64,000 nt of DNA. Origin: a virus (lineage: Duplodnaviria > Caudoviricetes). The stretch spans positions 32,001 through 96,000 of IMG/VR virus record IMGVR_UViG_3300037067_008519, one strand, 5' to 3'. The notes under the pieces are model-generated. The model did no database searches and was not told where the DNA came from. It saw only the letters and a list, made by a program, of their open reading frames with translations. The translations under genes and the position numbers were made by a program. This document shows positions 39,044-48,444 of this stretch, piece by piece (position 1 is the first letter of the stretch; each line of letters opens with the position of its first letter).

Positions 39044-39829
39044 ATGCCAGAAGAAGTTCGCAAATGTGAAATTTGTGGAAAATTACTCGTTAATCAGCAA
39101 AAGAAATTTTGTTCGGATTTATGTAGGGGTAAAGCAAAAACTTTAAATAATACTATACTATGTATATATAAATATTGTGAAAAAGAATTCAGAATTTCTA
39201 AAAGTCATTTTAATAGAAGTGAAGGAGAGGGCAGTTTTTGTTCTAGAGAATGTAGGGGTAAATCAGAGACTACAAAAATTAAAAGAAACTGTTTATTTTG
39301 TGGAAAAGAATTTGAGGCATATCTTTGTAGGATTAAAAATAATTTAGGAAAATATTGTTCTAAAGATTGCGCCGATAGGGATAGGGCTAATAAATATTTT
39401 GGCGAGAATAGTTCTAATTGGAAAGGCGGGCCAAAAATAATTACTTGCTTACATTGTGGAAAAGATTTTATTGCCCCACGTTCTAGGATAAATATTGCTA
39501 AATACTGTTCAAGGGAGTGTAGTGGACTGCATAATTGGAAAGATATACAAATATATATAGATAATGGATATAAAATTTCCCTTAATTATGGAGAGTATAT
39601 ATTGGAACATCGTCAGGTTGTCTCTGAAATAATGGGAAGAAAATTATTAATGGAAGAGGTAGTTCATCATAAAGATTTTAATAAGAAAAATAATAACCCG
39701 AGCAATTTAGCTTTATTCGCAAACCAATCCGCACATATGAAATATCATATGACAGGAATTATAACTAATTGTATTTGGGATTTAGGGGGTGTAAATTTAT
39801 GTTACCAAGAAACGTTCGTATATGTTTAA
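39044..39829 (+). mobile_element. HNH homing endonuclease with tandem Zn-finger repeats
   Basis: Four C..CGK.F...(F/Y)CS..C repeats, 'NWKGG', and 'EHR...VVHHKDFNKKNN..SNL'. Confidence 0.85.
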
Positions 39830-40719
39830 TTACAAGTCTTCAAGGGCCACCGGAGGAAACCAGCCCAAATGATAATTTAGACACAAGAAGAATTGGTATT
39901 GCTTTAGAAAATAGATTTAAGGCTGCGGGATTTCAAACTAATCTATTAAATAGAGATGATTTTCCTAATGAAGGAGATGCTTATCTACACGCTATTCAAT
40001 TAGCCCGTGTATGGGGGCCAACTCTTATAATAAATATACATCAAGATGATATAGGGAATTCTACTGAAACGGGATGGTTAGTAGAATATAATGATGGATT
40101 TGTTGGTTCTAAAGAATTTGCTGAAGAGATTGCTGCTGTATTTAGAACTATGATTCCAATTGGAACTTCTCGCCCGGCTACGGGCGGGGTAATAATAGAT
40201 GACCACGTAGCAGCGACAAAAAATGTTTGGGACATTCTGATTGAATATGGGATGTATGGAGGAACTGATGAACAGAAAGTAACTTTAGAACAATGGGCGG
40301 AAGCTACATATCAAGGAACTTTGAATTGTTTAATAAAATATTTTGGCTTGAATTTAACAGGCACAAAAGGAGGGAAAAAAGAAGTGGCAGTATCACCATT
40401 AGATAAAATGAAGAATGAGGGGAATTTGTTTGTATTCTCTACTTCTGAGGCATGGTATGACCTTGGAAATAGGAAGGCAGATTGTTTTCTAACTATCATA
40501 AGTGAAAGCGATAGTCCTATTGATGGGGCTTTCTTTTGCAAGCCTTGGAAGGATGGAGCACCCCCGAGTGGTTATCCCATTCATCTACCTGAAAAAAATA
40601 ATGAGGGTTCACGACAGAGTTTTAATCTTGCAGAGTATGGACCAACAGGGGGATTCGGAGTAACGGTTAAATTGAATAATGACAATGTTAATTGCAAGGT
40701 TAGCATACTAGAGATATAA
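39799..40719 (+). CDS. Endolysin, Amidase_3-like N-acetylmuramoyl-L-alanine amidase
   Basis: 'IINIHQD', 'TGW', 'ILIEYG' spaced as in Amidase_3. The first Zn-ligand His is replaced (SLQ). Start at ATG 39799 after AGGGGG. Confidence 0.6.
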   Translation: MLPRNVRICLITSLQGPPEETSPNDNLDTRRIGIALENRFKAAGFQTNLLNRDDFPNEGDAYLHAIQLARVWGPTLIINIHQDDIGNSTETGWLVEYNDGFVGSKEFAEEIAAVFRTMIPIGTSRPATGGVIIDDHVAATKNVWDILIEYGMYGGTDEQKVTLEQWAEATYQGTLNCLIKYFGLNLTGTKGGKKEVAVSPLDKMKNEGNLFVFSTSEAWYDLGNRKADCFLTIISESDSPIDGAFFCKPWKDGAPPSGYPIHLPEKNNEGSRQSFNLAEYGPTGGFGVTVKLNNDNVNCKVSILEI

Positions 40720-40723
40720 AAAC

Positions 40724-40751
40724 TTGACTTTTCGGTAGAGTTGTGTATAAT
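40724..40751 (+). promoter_or_regulatory. Sigma70-type promoter
   Basis: TTGACT-16 nt-TATAAT at the late/early module boundary. Confidence 0.6.
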
Positions 40752-40765
40752 AGAATTAAGATAAA

Positions 40766-40829
40766 AACATGACCTAAGCAGTAATCAATTATTATTAAAT
40801 TTTTTAGACTAGTTTAGGTCATGTTACCA
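40766..40829 (+). ncRNA. Promoter-proximal long hairpin ending in ACCA (candidate small RNA)
   Basis: AACATGACCTAA (40766-40777) pairs perfectly with TTAGGTCATGTT (40814-40825), followed by ACCA. Confidence 0.4.
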
Positions 40830-40887
40830 GATAACAGAATCGAGGTTGCGGTCAAGGACCAGGGGGAATAGAGAACAGCTTCACCGT

Positions 40888-40916
40888 TTTACATGCTTGC
40901 CCCGGGGTTATATACT
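40888..40916 (+). promoter_or_regulatory. Sigma70-type promoter of the GC-rich island
   Basis: TTTACA-17 nt-TATACT. Confidence 0.5.
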
Positions 40917-40967
40917 CATTTAGCCGAAAATATTGCATGATATCGCTTGCGGAGCGAAGGAGGTCAT

Positions 40968-41228
40968 ATGGCTGAGGAGTTGCCAAAGTTCTATGTGAAT
41001 GTTGTTGAGCTAACCGCATCGCCGTATGATTTCACGTTCGATTTTGGCCTCAAGACGCCCGAACAGCTCAAGCAGGGTGGCTCGGATTTTGAAAGGACTG
41101 TGAGGATAGCGATGAGTCCCTCACATGCCAAGAGCATGCTGCCGATATTAACTGATAGCATTAGAACTTATGAGGAGAATTTCGGCATAATACCGAGCCC
41201 TCATTACGATAAGGACGAGGAGGGGTAG
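40968..41228 (+). CDS. DUF3467-like protein
   Basis: 'FYVN......SPYDFTFDFG ... RIAMSP.HAK.....L...I..YE..FG.I'. ATG 40968 after AGGAGG. Confidence 0.7.
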   Translation: MAEELPKFYVNVVELTASPYDFTFDFGLKTPEQLKQGGSDFERTVRIAMSPSHAKSMLPILTDSIRTYEENFGIIPSPHYDKDEEG

Positions 41229-41231
41229 AAA

Positions 41232-41471
41232 GTGGTATTTACGAATGCTGCTAACCAAATTGCAACGGTGATGACCACGGCTGAAATAGCTGTGGAAACC
41301 ATTTTCGACAGGCGCAACGATGTTTGCATACTTCCTTTCATCGATAACCGGCCCGAATTGGATGCAACGGCTTTGATTTATCGGTCGCCAGAACTGCTTC
41401 GGGACATCTTAATCGCCAAGGGCACCTTGAGCGAGGTTGAACTTCTTACGCACGATGATCTATTTGGTTAG
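41232..41471 (+). CDS. Putative antitoxin
   Basis: 79 aa directly upstream of the RelE-like gene. Acidic C-terminus 'LLTHDDLFG' is typical of RelB/Phd-like tails. Confidence 0.45.
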   Translation: MVFTNAANQIATVMTTAEIAVETIFDRRNDVCILPFIDNRPELDATALIYRSPELLRDILIAKGTLSEVELLTHDDLFG

Positions 41472-41488
41472 AAGTTTCGCAATCGAAG

Positions 41489-41830
41489 ATGGCCTATACC
41501 GACTTCTACCATCCGAGATTTGCAGATTGTCTAACTAGATATGGCTCGCTTAAAAAAAGAATCGAAACAAAGAACAACTACATCCTACAGAAGCCCGATA
41601 TGGGTGAACAACTTCAAGGCGATTTAGAGGGCTATCGCAGTTACCCGCTTGCTAGGTCTTTCCTTATCATTTATATAGTCTGCGACGATTGTCGCCGGCT
41701 TGAACAGTTGGCTGAACGTGCCTGTAACCGCTGCGGAGAAATCCCCGAGGAAAGCGTTATTTTTATGGCAATCGGGCCATATGACGATGCGTACAAAATG
41801 GCTAAAACCATAACCGAAATAGATTTCTAG
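41489..41830 (+). CDS. RelE/ParE/YafQ-superfamily toxin with CxxC-CxxC insertion
   Basis: 'F...L', 'P..GE.L.GDL.GYRS', 'IIY', 'IGP.DDAY'. Confidence 0.7.
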   Translation: MAYTDFYHPRFADCLTRYGSLKKRIETKNNYILQKPDMGEQLQGDLEGYRSYPLARSFLIIYIVCDDCRRLEQLAERACNRCGEIPEESVIFMAIGPYDDAYKMAKTITEIDF

Positions 41831-42067
41831 GTTTCTAAAGTATATAATTCCCAATTAAAGAGGGTAAGAACTGAGTCATTCGGGTCTTCCCTTCCCAAGA
41901 GAGGTAAGGGCGGCTGCGGCAGCAGCAGGTTCTCTCTCACTAGATAAATACAACAATAATTAACAAGTAAAACATGTTGAACATGATTTAACCTTTAGAT
42001 TATTTTACTCTAAAATCAGGTTGTATTTATCAATCTGGTTATTTTTTATTTTAAAGGAGGAAATGGA

Positions 42068-42772
42068 ATGGCATACGACAATAGGACTTTTGAGGAGAGA
42101 GTTTACAAGGTAGGAACTAAGGAATGTAAGTATCAAGTTTATTTTAGTAAGAGAATGTCCCGTAAGAAGCCAGCAATTGAATTAAATGAAGTGGAAAAAC
42201 TTTCGGATTTTGCAGGTTTGAAGAATTGGACTATTAAATGGATTAATGCTTACGAAGATTTTATGTTTTACTCTTCTGATAATCAAAGGAAAGAATTTGG
42301 AGAGAAGTATCCTAGGGGAATGAGATTTATTTGTTGTGCTGGTGTTCAGGATAAGGATGGAAACTTGTTTGAGGCAATTGGTTCGGCATCTCCAGACTCA
42401 GTTGACCTTTTGAAGAACTATACACCGGAGCTTGCGGAAAAGAGGGCGAAAGTTAGGGTAGCTTTGGATGCTCTTGGTTTGCATGACCTTAATGCTGGTA
42501 TCGAGTTTAGTGATACGGATAGCCCTAATAATTCGGATGATTCTAAGCAAACCGAACAAGTAGAGCAAGACTATGATGAGCGTGAGAAACTGTTTGATGA
42601 AATGTCTAAATTGAAACTGGAATTAGGCTGGGATAATGATACTTTCAAAAGGTTCTTGGCAGAGATAGAGCTTGGAAAAAATCCGGTTAAAATGTCTATA
42701 GAAGAGTTGACACAGGTTCTAACTGCTATGCAAAAGATGGTAAAGAAAGCTAAGACAAAGGGGAAGAAGTAA
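42068..42772 (+). CDS. Hypothetical protein, possibly ssDNA-annealing (Rad52/Sak-like)
   Basis: 'AIGSAS.....Y..ELAEKRAK.R....ALG' motif. First gene of the early module, strong AAAGGAGG RBS. Confidence 0.45.
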   Translation: MAYDNRTFEERVYKVGTKECKYQVYFSKRMSRKKPAIELNEVEKLSDFAGLKNWTIKWINAYEDFMFYSSDNQRKEFGEKYPRGMRFICCAGVQDKDGNLFEAIGSASPDSVDLLKNYTPELAEKRAKVRVALDALGLHDLNAGIEFSDTDSPNNSDDSKQTEQVEQDYDEREKLFDEMSKLKLELGWDNDTFKRFLAEIELGKNPVKMSIEELTQVLTAMQKMVKKAKTKGKK

Positions 42773-42774
42773 AA

Positions 42775-42957
42775 ATGGACCCACAGGAAGTAGTAAAGAA
42801 TTATATAACAAACACTATTAAAAATCTTGTAGCATTAGCTGGGGATAATTTAGTATTTGAAACTTTTGTAGAAATATGGTCCCCAGAAGTGGTTTATAAT
42901 ACGGTTGCCCAGCTAATGACGGTGTTAAATGTAGAGAAGACTATAAAGAAGGACTAA
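42775..42957 (+). CDS. Hypothetical protein
   Basis: 60-aa ORF in operon packing. Confidence 0.45.
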   Translation: MDPQEVVKNYITNTIKNLVALAGDNLVFETFVEIWSPEVVYNTVAQLMTVLNVEKTIKKD

Positions 42958-42961
42958 CAAA

Positions 42962-43564
42962 ATGGATGTAGAGGAACATATTTATAAAGCAATACAAGAC
43001 TTATCCATCTTTCCTGTAGAATTCATCATGGAAGCTTTTATGAATGTATTCGGCGGCAAGGAAATAAGAGAAAAAGTTAGCCCCCTGCTGGATAATAAAG
43101 CTGAGAAGAAAGTTTACAATGCCATGTCTAGAGGATTACGTAGGGAAATCATAGCTTGGCTTGATGGTTACAAATGTGTTTTTTGTGGAGCTGAACTAGG
43201 GGAAGATTATTTATTGTCTTATTTCAATGGGCCGGTTAAGTCTTTTGAGGAAGGGCTTTATACTATCTTTACTTCCTGTGGTAGTTGTAATAAAAGAAAA
43301 AAAGGAATGCATAAAGAATATCCCTATGAAAAGTTGATACAAAAAAGAAAAGATAATGTTTTGGTTATGATAGATTTCTTGTGGCATGACAAGATAGGCA
43401 GGAGAGCTTTGAAAAGGGCCATAAAAGCGTATAGACAAATTATGCAAGAAGAAGGTCAAGAAGATGGAAATGAAGAAATTGGACTTGGAGATTGCGAGTT
43501 GGAATTTGATAGGCAGACCCGAGACATTCAAGGAGAAGATGGGATCATTGATGAGGATAACTGA
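42962..43564 (+). CDS. Degenerate HNH-fold protein
   Basis: 'DGYKCVFCG' and 'SCGSCNKRK' Zn ligands retained, but no DH/N catalytic motif. Confidence 0.5.
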   Translation: MDVEEHIYKAIQDLSIFPVEFIMEAFMNVFGGKEIREKVSPLLDNKAEKKVYNAMSRGLRREIIAWLDGYKCVFCGAELGEDYLLSYFNGPVKSFEEGLYTIFTSCGSCNKRKKGMHKEYPYEKLIQKRKDNVLVMIDFLWHDKIGRRALKRAIKAYRQIMQEEGQEDGNEEIGLGDCELEFDRQTRDIQGEDGIIDEDN

Positions 43565-43757
43565 TGGTAAGGTTCCCGCATCGGAATTAGGTCATATGAT
43601 TAAACGGTACAATTTTACCGATATAGTTTCTGCATATGCGGCCTACTTTGAGGAACCACGGGATAATAAGCATAGGATTCCTTGGATTAAATATTTCCTC
43701 AATAATAGAGAAAAAGATAAGAAAGAATTGGAAAGCCTAAAGGAACGGTACGCATAG
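43464..43757 (+). CDS. Hypothetical protein upstream of the helicase
   Basis: 97-aa ORF ending 1 nt before the dnaB start. Confidence 0.45.
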   Translation: MEMKKLDLEIASWNLIGRPETFKEKMGSLMRITDGKVPASELGHMIKRYNFTDIVSAYAAYFEEPRDNKHRIPWIKYFLNNREKDKKELESLKERYA

Positions 43758-43758
43758 C

Positions 43759-45102
43759 GTGTCTATAAAGGAAGAAAGGTTTGTTCTATCTGTCATATTA
43801 AATAATCCTGATTCTTATTGGGAAGTAAGTAGTATTTTGCAACCTTCAGATTTTACTCTGATATCCAATGCTCATATCTATAGTGCTATTAAATCTCTTT
43901 TAGAAAATAATCAGGATATTGATATTGTATCAATTTCAAATAGTTTTGACAAGCCTATTAAGAAGACTTTAGAAAAGGAAGCCGGGGATATATTACAGTA
44001 TTTACAAGCTCTCAAAGAATCCCCTTACTCCAAAAAGAACTTATTAGCAAATGCAGAGAAAATAAAATTGGAATCGGTTCGCAGGCAACTTGGATCAGCA
44101 TTAGAAAACATGTCTAAGGAAGTATCAAAATTAAAAGTTGAATCTATTGATGAATTAGTAGGTATTTGTGATGAAAGAATTATAGAGATAGGGCTATCCA
44201 ATTCTTCACAAACCGATGATGGGCAAGTAGGAAAAAATGCAGATGATTTTTTAACTGATAGGGTTGTTGAAAATAGGATTCAAATTGGTTTCAAACATTT
44301 AGATAATTTGACAGGAGGTTTTGCACCGGGGCAATTGACAGTAGTAGCAGCCGTTTTTAAGACAGGCAAGTCCACAATATTATGGAATTGGGCTTTGTGG
44401 TTAGCGAGGGCGGGTTGTCCTGTTCTTTATCTGGATACTGAAATGACTTTATCGGAACAGCAAGCAAGAGCTTTAGCCAATATGACAGGTATAAGCGAAA
44501 AGAAGATTACCAATGGTCTTTGTAATCCAATAGAAAAAATGGAATTAACTGAAGCTATAGAAGAACTTAAAGGGATGCCGTTCTATCATGTCTATCTTCC
44601 CACGTATACTAATGAGCAAATTGTTAATATAGCTAGAAAATACAGAATACAGAAAGGTGTGAAGATAATATTCTTTGATTACATCAAGGTTCCAGAGGTT
44701 TCTAATCAAGAATGGCTAGAATTAGGATATCTTACTAACACACTAAAAAATAAAGTGGCGGGGGCTTTGGAAGTTCCTGTTATAACAGCAGCGCAGTTAA
44801 ATAGATCAGGAATTAATACTAATACTTTTACGGGGGAAGAGATAGCGGGTTCTATTAAGATTCTTCATTTAGCAAACCACATTCTTTATCTAAGATATAA
44901 ATCTAAATCAGAAAGAGAAAAGCACGGGAGGAAGCAGGGGAATATGATTTTGAAAATGGCTTTCTCAAGAAACTGTCCTACAGGGTTGGAGTTTTATTTG
45001 AACTTCCAGAAACCTGTTTTGAGGATTACAGAAGTAGGCATTAATAAAGAGAGTTATGAAGAGATTGGGGAAGATTTTGAACTGGACTCAGATTTTATCT
45101 AA
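43759..45102 (+). CDS. dnaB: Replicative DNA helicase
   Basis: DnaB N-domain (ERFVLS..L), Walker A 'AVFKTGKS', 'FFDYI', 'AQLNR'. Confidence 0.92.
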   Translation: MSIKEERFVLSVILNNPDSYWEVSSILQPSDFTLISNAHIYSAIKSLLENNQDIDIVSISNSFDKPIKKTLEKEAGDILQYLQALKESPYSKKNLLANAEKIKLESVRRQLGSALENMSKEVSKLKVESIDELVGICDERIIEIGLSNSSQTDDGQVGKNADDFLTDRVVENRIQIGFKHLDNLTGGFAPGQLTVVAAVFKTGKSTILWNWALWLARAGCPVLYLDTEMTLSEQQARALANMTGISEKKITNGLCNPIEKMELTEAIEELKGMPFYHVYLPTYTNEQIVNIARKYRIQKGVKIIFFDYIKVPEVSNQEWLELGYLTNTLKNKVAGALEVPVITAAQLNRSGINTNTFTGEEIAGSIKILHLANHILYLRYKSKSEREKHGRKQGNMILKMAFSRNCPTGLEFYLNFQKPVLRITEVGINKESYEEIGEDFELDSDFI

Positions 45103-46039
45103 TATAAATATAAAAGACTTACTATTATCCTATGGGATCAAAGGAAGACAATATAAAGTAGATGAAATTTTTATTCCATGTCCTTTTCATTCAGAAAAAG
45201 AACCTTCATGCTCGGTTAATACCATGAAAGCTGTTTTCCGGTGTTTCGGCTGTGGAGCTGCTGGGTCTATTGTTAAGTTAATTCAACAACTAGAAGGAAT
45301 AACTAGAGAAGAAGCTTTTCAGAAAGTTTTGTCTTTAGCCGGGGTTCAGGAAGATTTTGAGGGACAAGTTGCTTGTAGTCAAGAGGTAAATGACTTTATC
45401 TCTTCTATAAATAACCTGAATGGATATAAAAAATGCCCCGTCATCTCTGAAGATTTTATTAAAAGATGTACTCAAAATGTAGATTATACTTATTGGATTG
45501 AGCGTGGTTTTTCAGAGGATACTCTAAGGTTTTTCAATGTAGGTTTTGTCAAGGAGGGTATTTATGCAGGAAGGTTTATAATACCAATCTATGATGAAGA
45601 TGGTGGACTAGTAGGTTTTAGTTCTAGAAATATAGATAATTCAGAACCACGCTATATTCATATGGGTAATATGGGAAAAAGTGCTGTTCTTTATAATCTA
45701 AATAATGTTAATGACCACATGGAGAATAGTATGCTGATTACGGAAGGATTTGTGGATACTTGGCGGGCTTGGCAATATGGATACTCTACTGTAGTTGCTC
45801 TAATGGGGGTAGATTTAAGTAGGGACCAGCAAAGACTACTGACGAGGAATACTTATAGTGTTATTTTAGGATTAGATAATGACAAGGCAGGCCAGGAAGC
45901 TACAAAGAAAATTGTTGATAAATTAAAACATCTAATGGAGATTAGAGTTATGTTGCTTCCCGAAGGTAAGGACATTGGAGATTTATCAGAAGAAGAGTTT
46001 AAACAAGCAATTAAACAAGCCAAGAGGGTCAAAGTATAA
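45056..46039 (+). CDS. dnaG: DNA primase
   Basis: CHC2 finger 'CPFHSEKEPS...FRCFGCG' and TOPRIM 'EGFVD', 'LDNDKAG'. Likely TTG start at 45077. Confidence 0.92.
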   Translation: MKRLGKILNWTQILSNINIKDLLLSYGIKGRQYKVDEIFIPCPFHSEKEPSCSVNTMKAVFRCFGCGAAGSIVKLIQQLEGITREEAFQKVLSLAGVQEDFEGQVACSQEVNDFISSINNLNGYKKCPVISEDFIKRCTQNVDYTYWIERGFSEDTLRFFNVGFVKEGIYAGRFIIPIYDEDGGLVGFSSRNIDNSEPRYIHMGNMGKSAVLYNLNNVNDHMENSMLITEGFVDTWRAWQYGYSTVVALMGVDLSRDQQRLLTRNTYSVILGLDNDKAGQEATKKIVDKLKHLMEIRVMLLPEGKDIGDLSEEEFKQAIKQAKRVKV

Positions 46040-46159
46040 TCGTTTTTGGTGAAGAATTACAAAGAATTGACTTATGAAAATTGGTTGAAGTATAAAAACA
46101 TAGGCTAGACTATGTATATTAAAAGACATTTTAAAAAACTAATAAAAAAGGAGAGATGA

Positions 46160-48193
46160 ATGTACAGTAGGGTAAGAAAAATTGATAATAGGTATGTTGT
46201 TTTTAACCCTGAGAAGATATCAAATAGTATAACTAGAGCTTTAGTTTCTACTAATACTAATGGGGTTGTACCCGATGATTTGACTGAAGAAGTTATAAAT
46301 ATTCTACCTGAATATGTTAAATATAAAATTGCCAGTACAGAAGAGATAGCTAAGGCTGTTGAATTTATTCTTATGGATAAAGGATGTTCAGAAGCAGCTA
46401 AGGCTTATATTCTTTATAGGGAAGAAAGAATAAGGGCTAGAGAAGGAAAAAGTAGTTTGATGCAGGCTGTTGAGGAAATCACTACAGAATATAAAAAAGA
46501 TAACAGCAATACCCCACCTGGATTTTCGGCTAAAGTATTTCAAGTTTCCGAAATGGCTCTTATCAAATACAATATGCAAAGGGTTTTATCAAAAGAATCT
46601 GCTGAAGCACATATCAATGGGGATATTCATATTCACGATTCTTTTGCGGTAGGTCTTGCTTTTAATTGTTTATATATCCCAATTAGAAAATTATTATTGA
46701 ATGGCTTTTCTACAGGAACAGGACCGATAAGACCTCCACGAAGGCCGGATTCCATTTTTGCTTTAGCCGCTATAGTTTTTCAAAGTGCTCAAAATGATGC
46801 TTTTGGCGGCATGGCTATGGCTCATTTTGATGAGGATATTGCAGAAGTTTTGAGACAGAATTGTAAGGGAGGTTTTTCAGATAAGGAACTATTTCAAGCG
46901 GTTGAGGGTTTTATATATAATCTAAATACCCTTTCTAGCAGATTTGCAGCACAGCGCCCTTTCAGTAGCATAGGAATAGGAACGGATATATCCCCAGAAG
47001 GCAGGGCAGTAACAAAAGCTATTCTTGATGTTATGGAATTAGGAATGGACGGTCTTACTTTTATATGGCCTAATATACTTTTTAAAATTAAAAGTGGAAT
47101 AAATTATGAGCCGGGAACTCCAAACCATGATTTGTTAATAAGAGCTATGGAAGTTTCAGCCAAAAGGCTTAATCCTACTTATATTTTTTGTGATACAACA
47201 TTTAATAAAAGTTATACAGAATGTATATCAAGTATGGGTTGTAGAACTCGTGTATCTTATGATGTGCATGGCATAAATACACAGGACGGTAGGGGTAATA
47301 TTTCTTTTACTACTATTAATCTTCCTAGGATTGCTCTCGAATCAAATGGAAATGAAAATAGATTTTTTGAAATATTAAATGAAAGAATGAATCTGGTAGA
47401 AAAACAATTAATTGAAAGATTAGAATTAGTTGGAAAATTAAAGAAGAAGGATTTTGCTTTTATTATGGGGCAACACCTTTATGCTGAAAGTGATAAATTA
47501 AAAGAGAATGATGATATTTATCCTTGTTTAATACATGGTACTCAAAGTATCGGTTTTTGTGGTCTTGATGAAACAATTAAAATTCTAACTGGAAATTTTA
47601 TGTGGGAATCTGATTCATCTTGGGAATTAGGCTATAAAATTATAAAGTTTATGAGGGGATGTACAGACAATTATACTAAGAAACATAATCTTAATTTTAC
47701 TCTATTTCAAACTCCTGCTGAATCGGCTTCAGGTAGGTTTTGCAGATTAGATAAAGAAAGATTTGGAGAGATAGAAGATGTAACGGATAAAGATTTCTAT
47801 ACTAATTCCTCTCATATGGCTGCGGATGCTCCACTTACTGTTGTTGATAAGATTAAAAAAGAAGCCCCTTTTCATGCTTTAACTAATGCAGGGCATATAT
47901 GTCATTTATATTTAAGTTCCCCTCCATTGGGAAATGTAGAGGCCATTAAACAAATAATTGATTGTGCATATGAATCTGATATAGGGTATTTAGCAGTAAA
48001 CTATGCTATAAATGAATGTTTGGGTTGTGGATTTGGAGATCCAATTACTAGGGATAAATGTCCGAAGTGTGGTAGTGAGAATATAAATAGGTTAGCAAGA
48101 ATTACGGGGTATATTTCTCCGATTAATATTTGGAATGATGGAAAACTTGCCGAGCTCAAAAGGAGGCCAGATGGTAAAGGAAATAAAAATTAA
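46160..48193 (+). CDS. nrdD: Anaerobic (class III) ribonucleoside-triphosphate reductase with ATP cone
   Basis: 'GDIHIHD', 'MGCRT', 'GRGN', 'TPAES', 'YTNS.H', CxxC-CxxC, glycyl-radical 'RITGY'. Confidence 0.95.
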   Translation: MYSRVRKIDNRYVVFNPEKISNSITRALVSTNTNGVVPDDLTEEVINILPEYVKYKIASTEEIAKAVEFILMDKGCSEAAKAYILYREERIRAREGKSSLMQAVEEITTEYKKDNSNTPPGFSAKVFQVSEMALIKYNMQRVLSKESAEAHINGDIHIHDSFAVGLAFNCLYIPIRKLLLNGFSTGTGPIRPPRRPDSIFALAAIVFQSAQNDAFGGMAMAHFDEDIAEVLRQNCKGGFSDKELFQAVEGFIYNLNTLSSRFAAQRPFSSIGIGTDISPEGRAVTKAILDVMELGMDGLTFIWPNILFKIKSGINYEPGTPNHDLLIRAMEVSAKRLNPTYIFCDTTFNKSYTECISSMGCRTRVSYDVHGINTQDGRGNISFTTINLPRIALESNGNENRFFEILNERMNLVEKQLIERLELVGKLKKKDFAFIMGQHLYAESDKLKENDDIYPCLIHGTQSIGFCGLDETIKILTGNFMWESDSSWELGYKIIKFMRGCTDNYTKKHNLNFTLFQTPAESASGRFCRLDKERFGEIEDVTDKDFYTNSSHMAADAPLTVVDKIKKEAPFHALTNAGHICHLYLSSPPLGNVEAIKQIIDCAYESDIGYLAVNYAINECLGCGFGDPITRDKCPKCGSENINRLARITGYISPINIWNDGKLAELKRRPDGKGNKN

Positions 48194-48444
48194 TGCTTTG
48201 TAATGACTGTGCCTATTCTTTTGTAAGGGTTTTCTATACTTTGAATAAGACATATGTATTGTGTGAGAATCTTAAAAGAGGAGAAGCTTATTTACTTTGT
48301 AAGGATTATGTTGATGATGAATGCAACCATTATAGAAAAGAAGAGGATAAAAGTATTAGAAAGGACTTAGAAGAATTAAAAGGATTACTCAGAATTAGAA
48401 ATCAAAAGGATCTAAGAAAAGGCGGTAGAGGAAATGAGATATAG
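48193..48444 (+). CDS. Hypothetical Cys-rich protein
   Basis: 83 aa, translationally coupled to nrdD. Confidence 0.45.
   Translation: MLCNDCAYSFVRVFYTLNKTYVLCENLKRGEAYLLCKDYVDDECNHYRKEEDKSIRKDLEELKGLLRIRNQKDLRKGGRGNEI

Noticed and set aside
40766-40829. tRNA gene
   Set aside because: It ends in ACCA but lacks D, anticodon and T arms (no GTTCRA). No canonical tRNA was recognised in the window.
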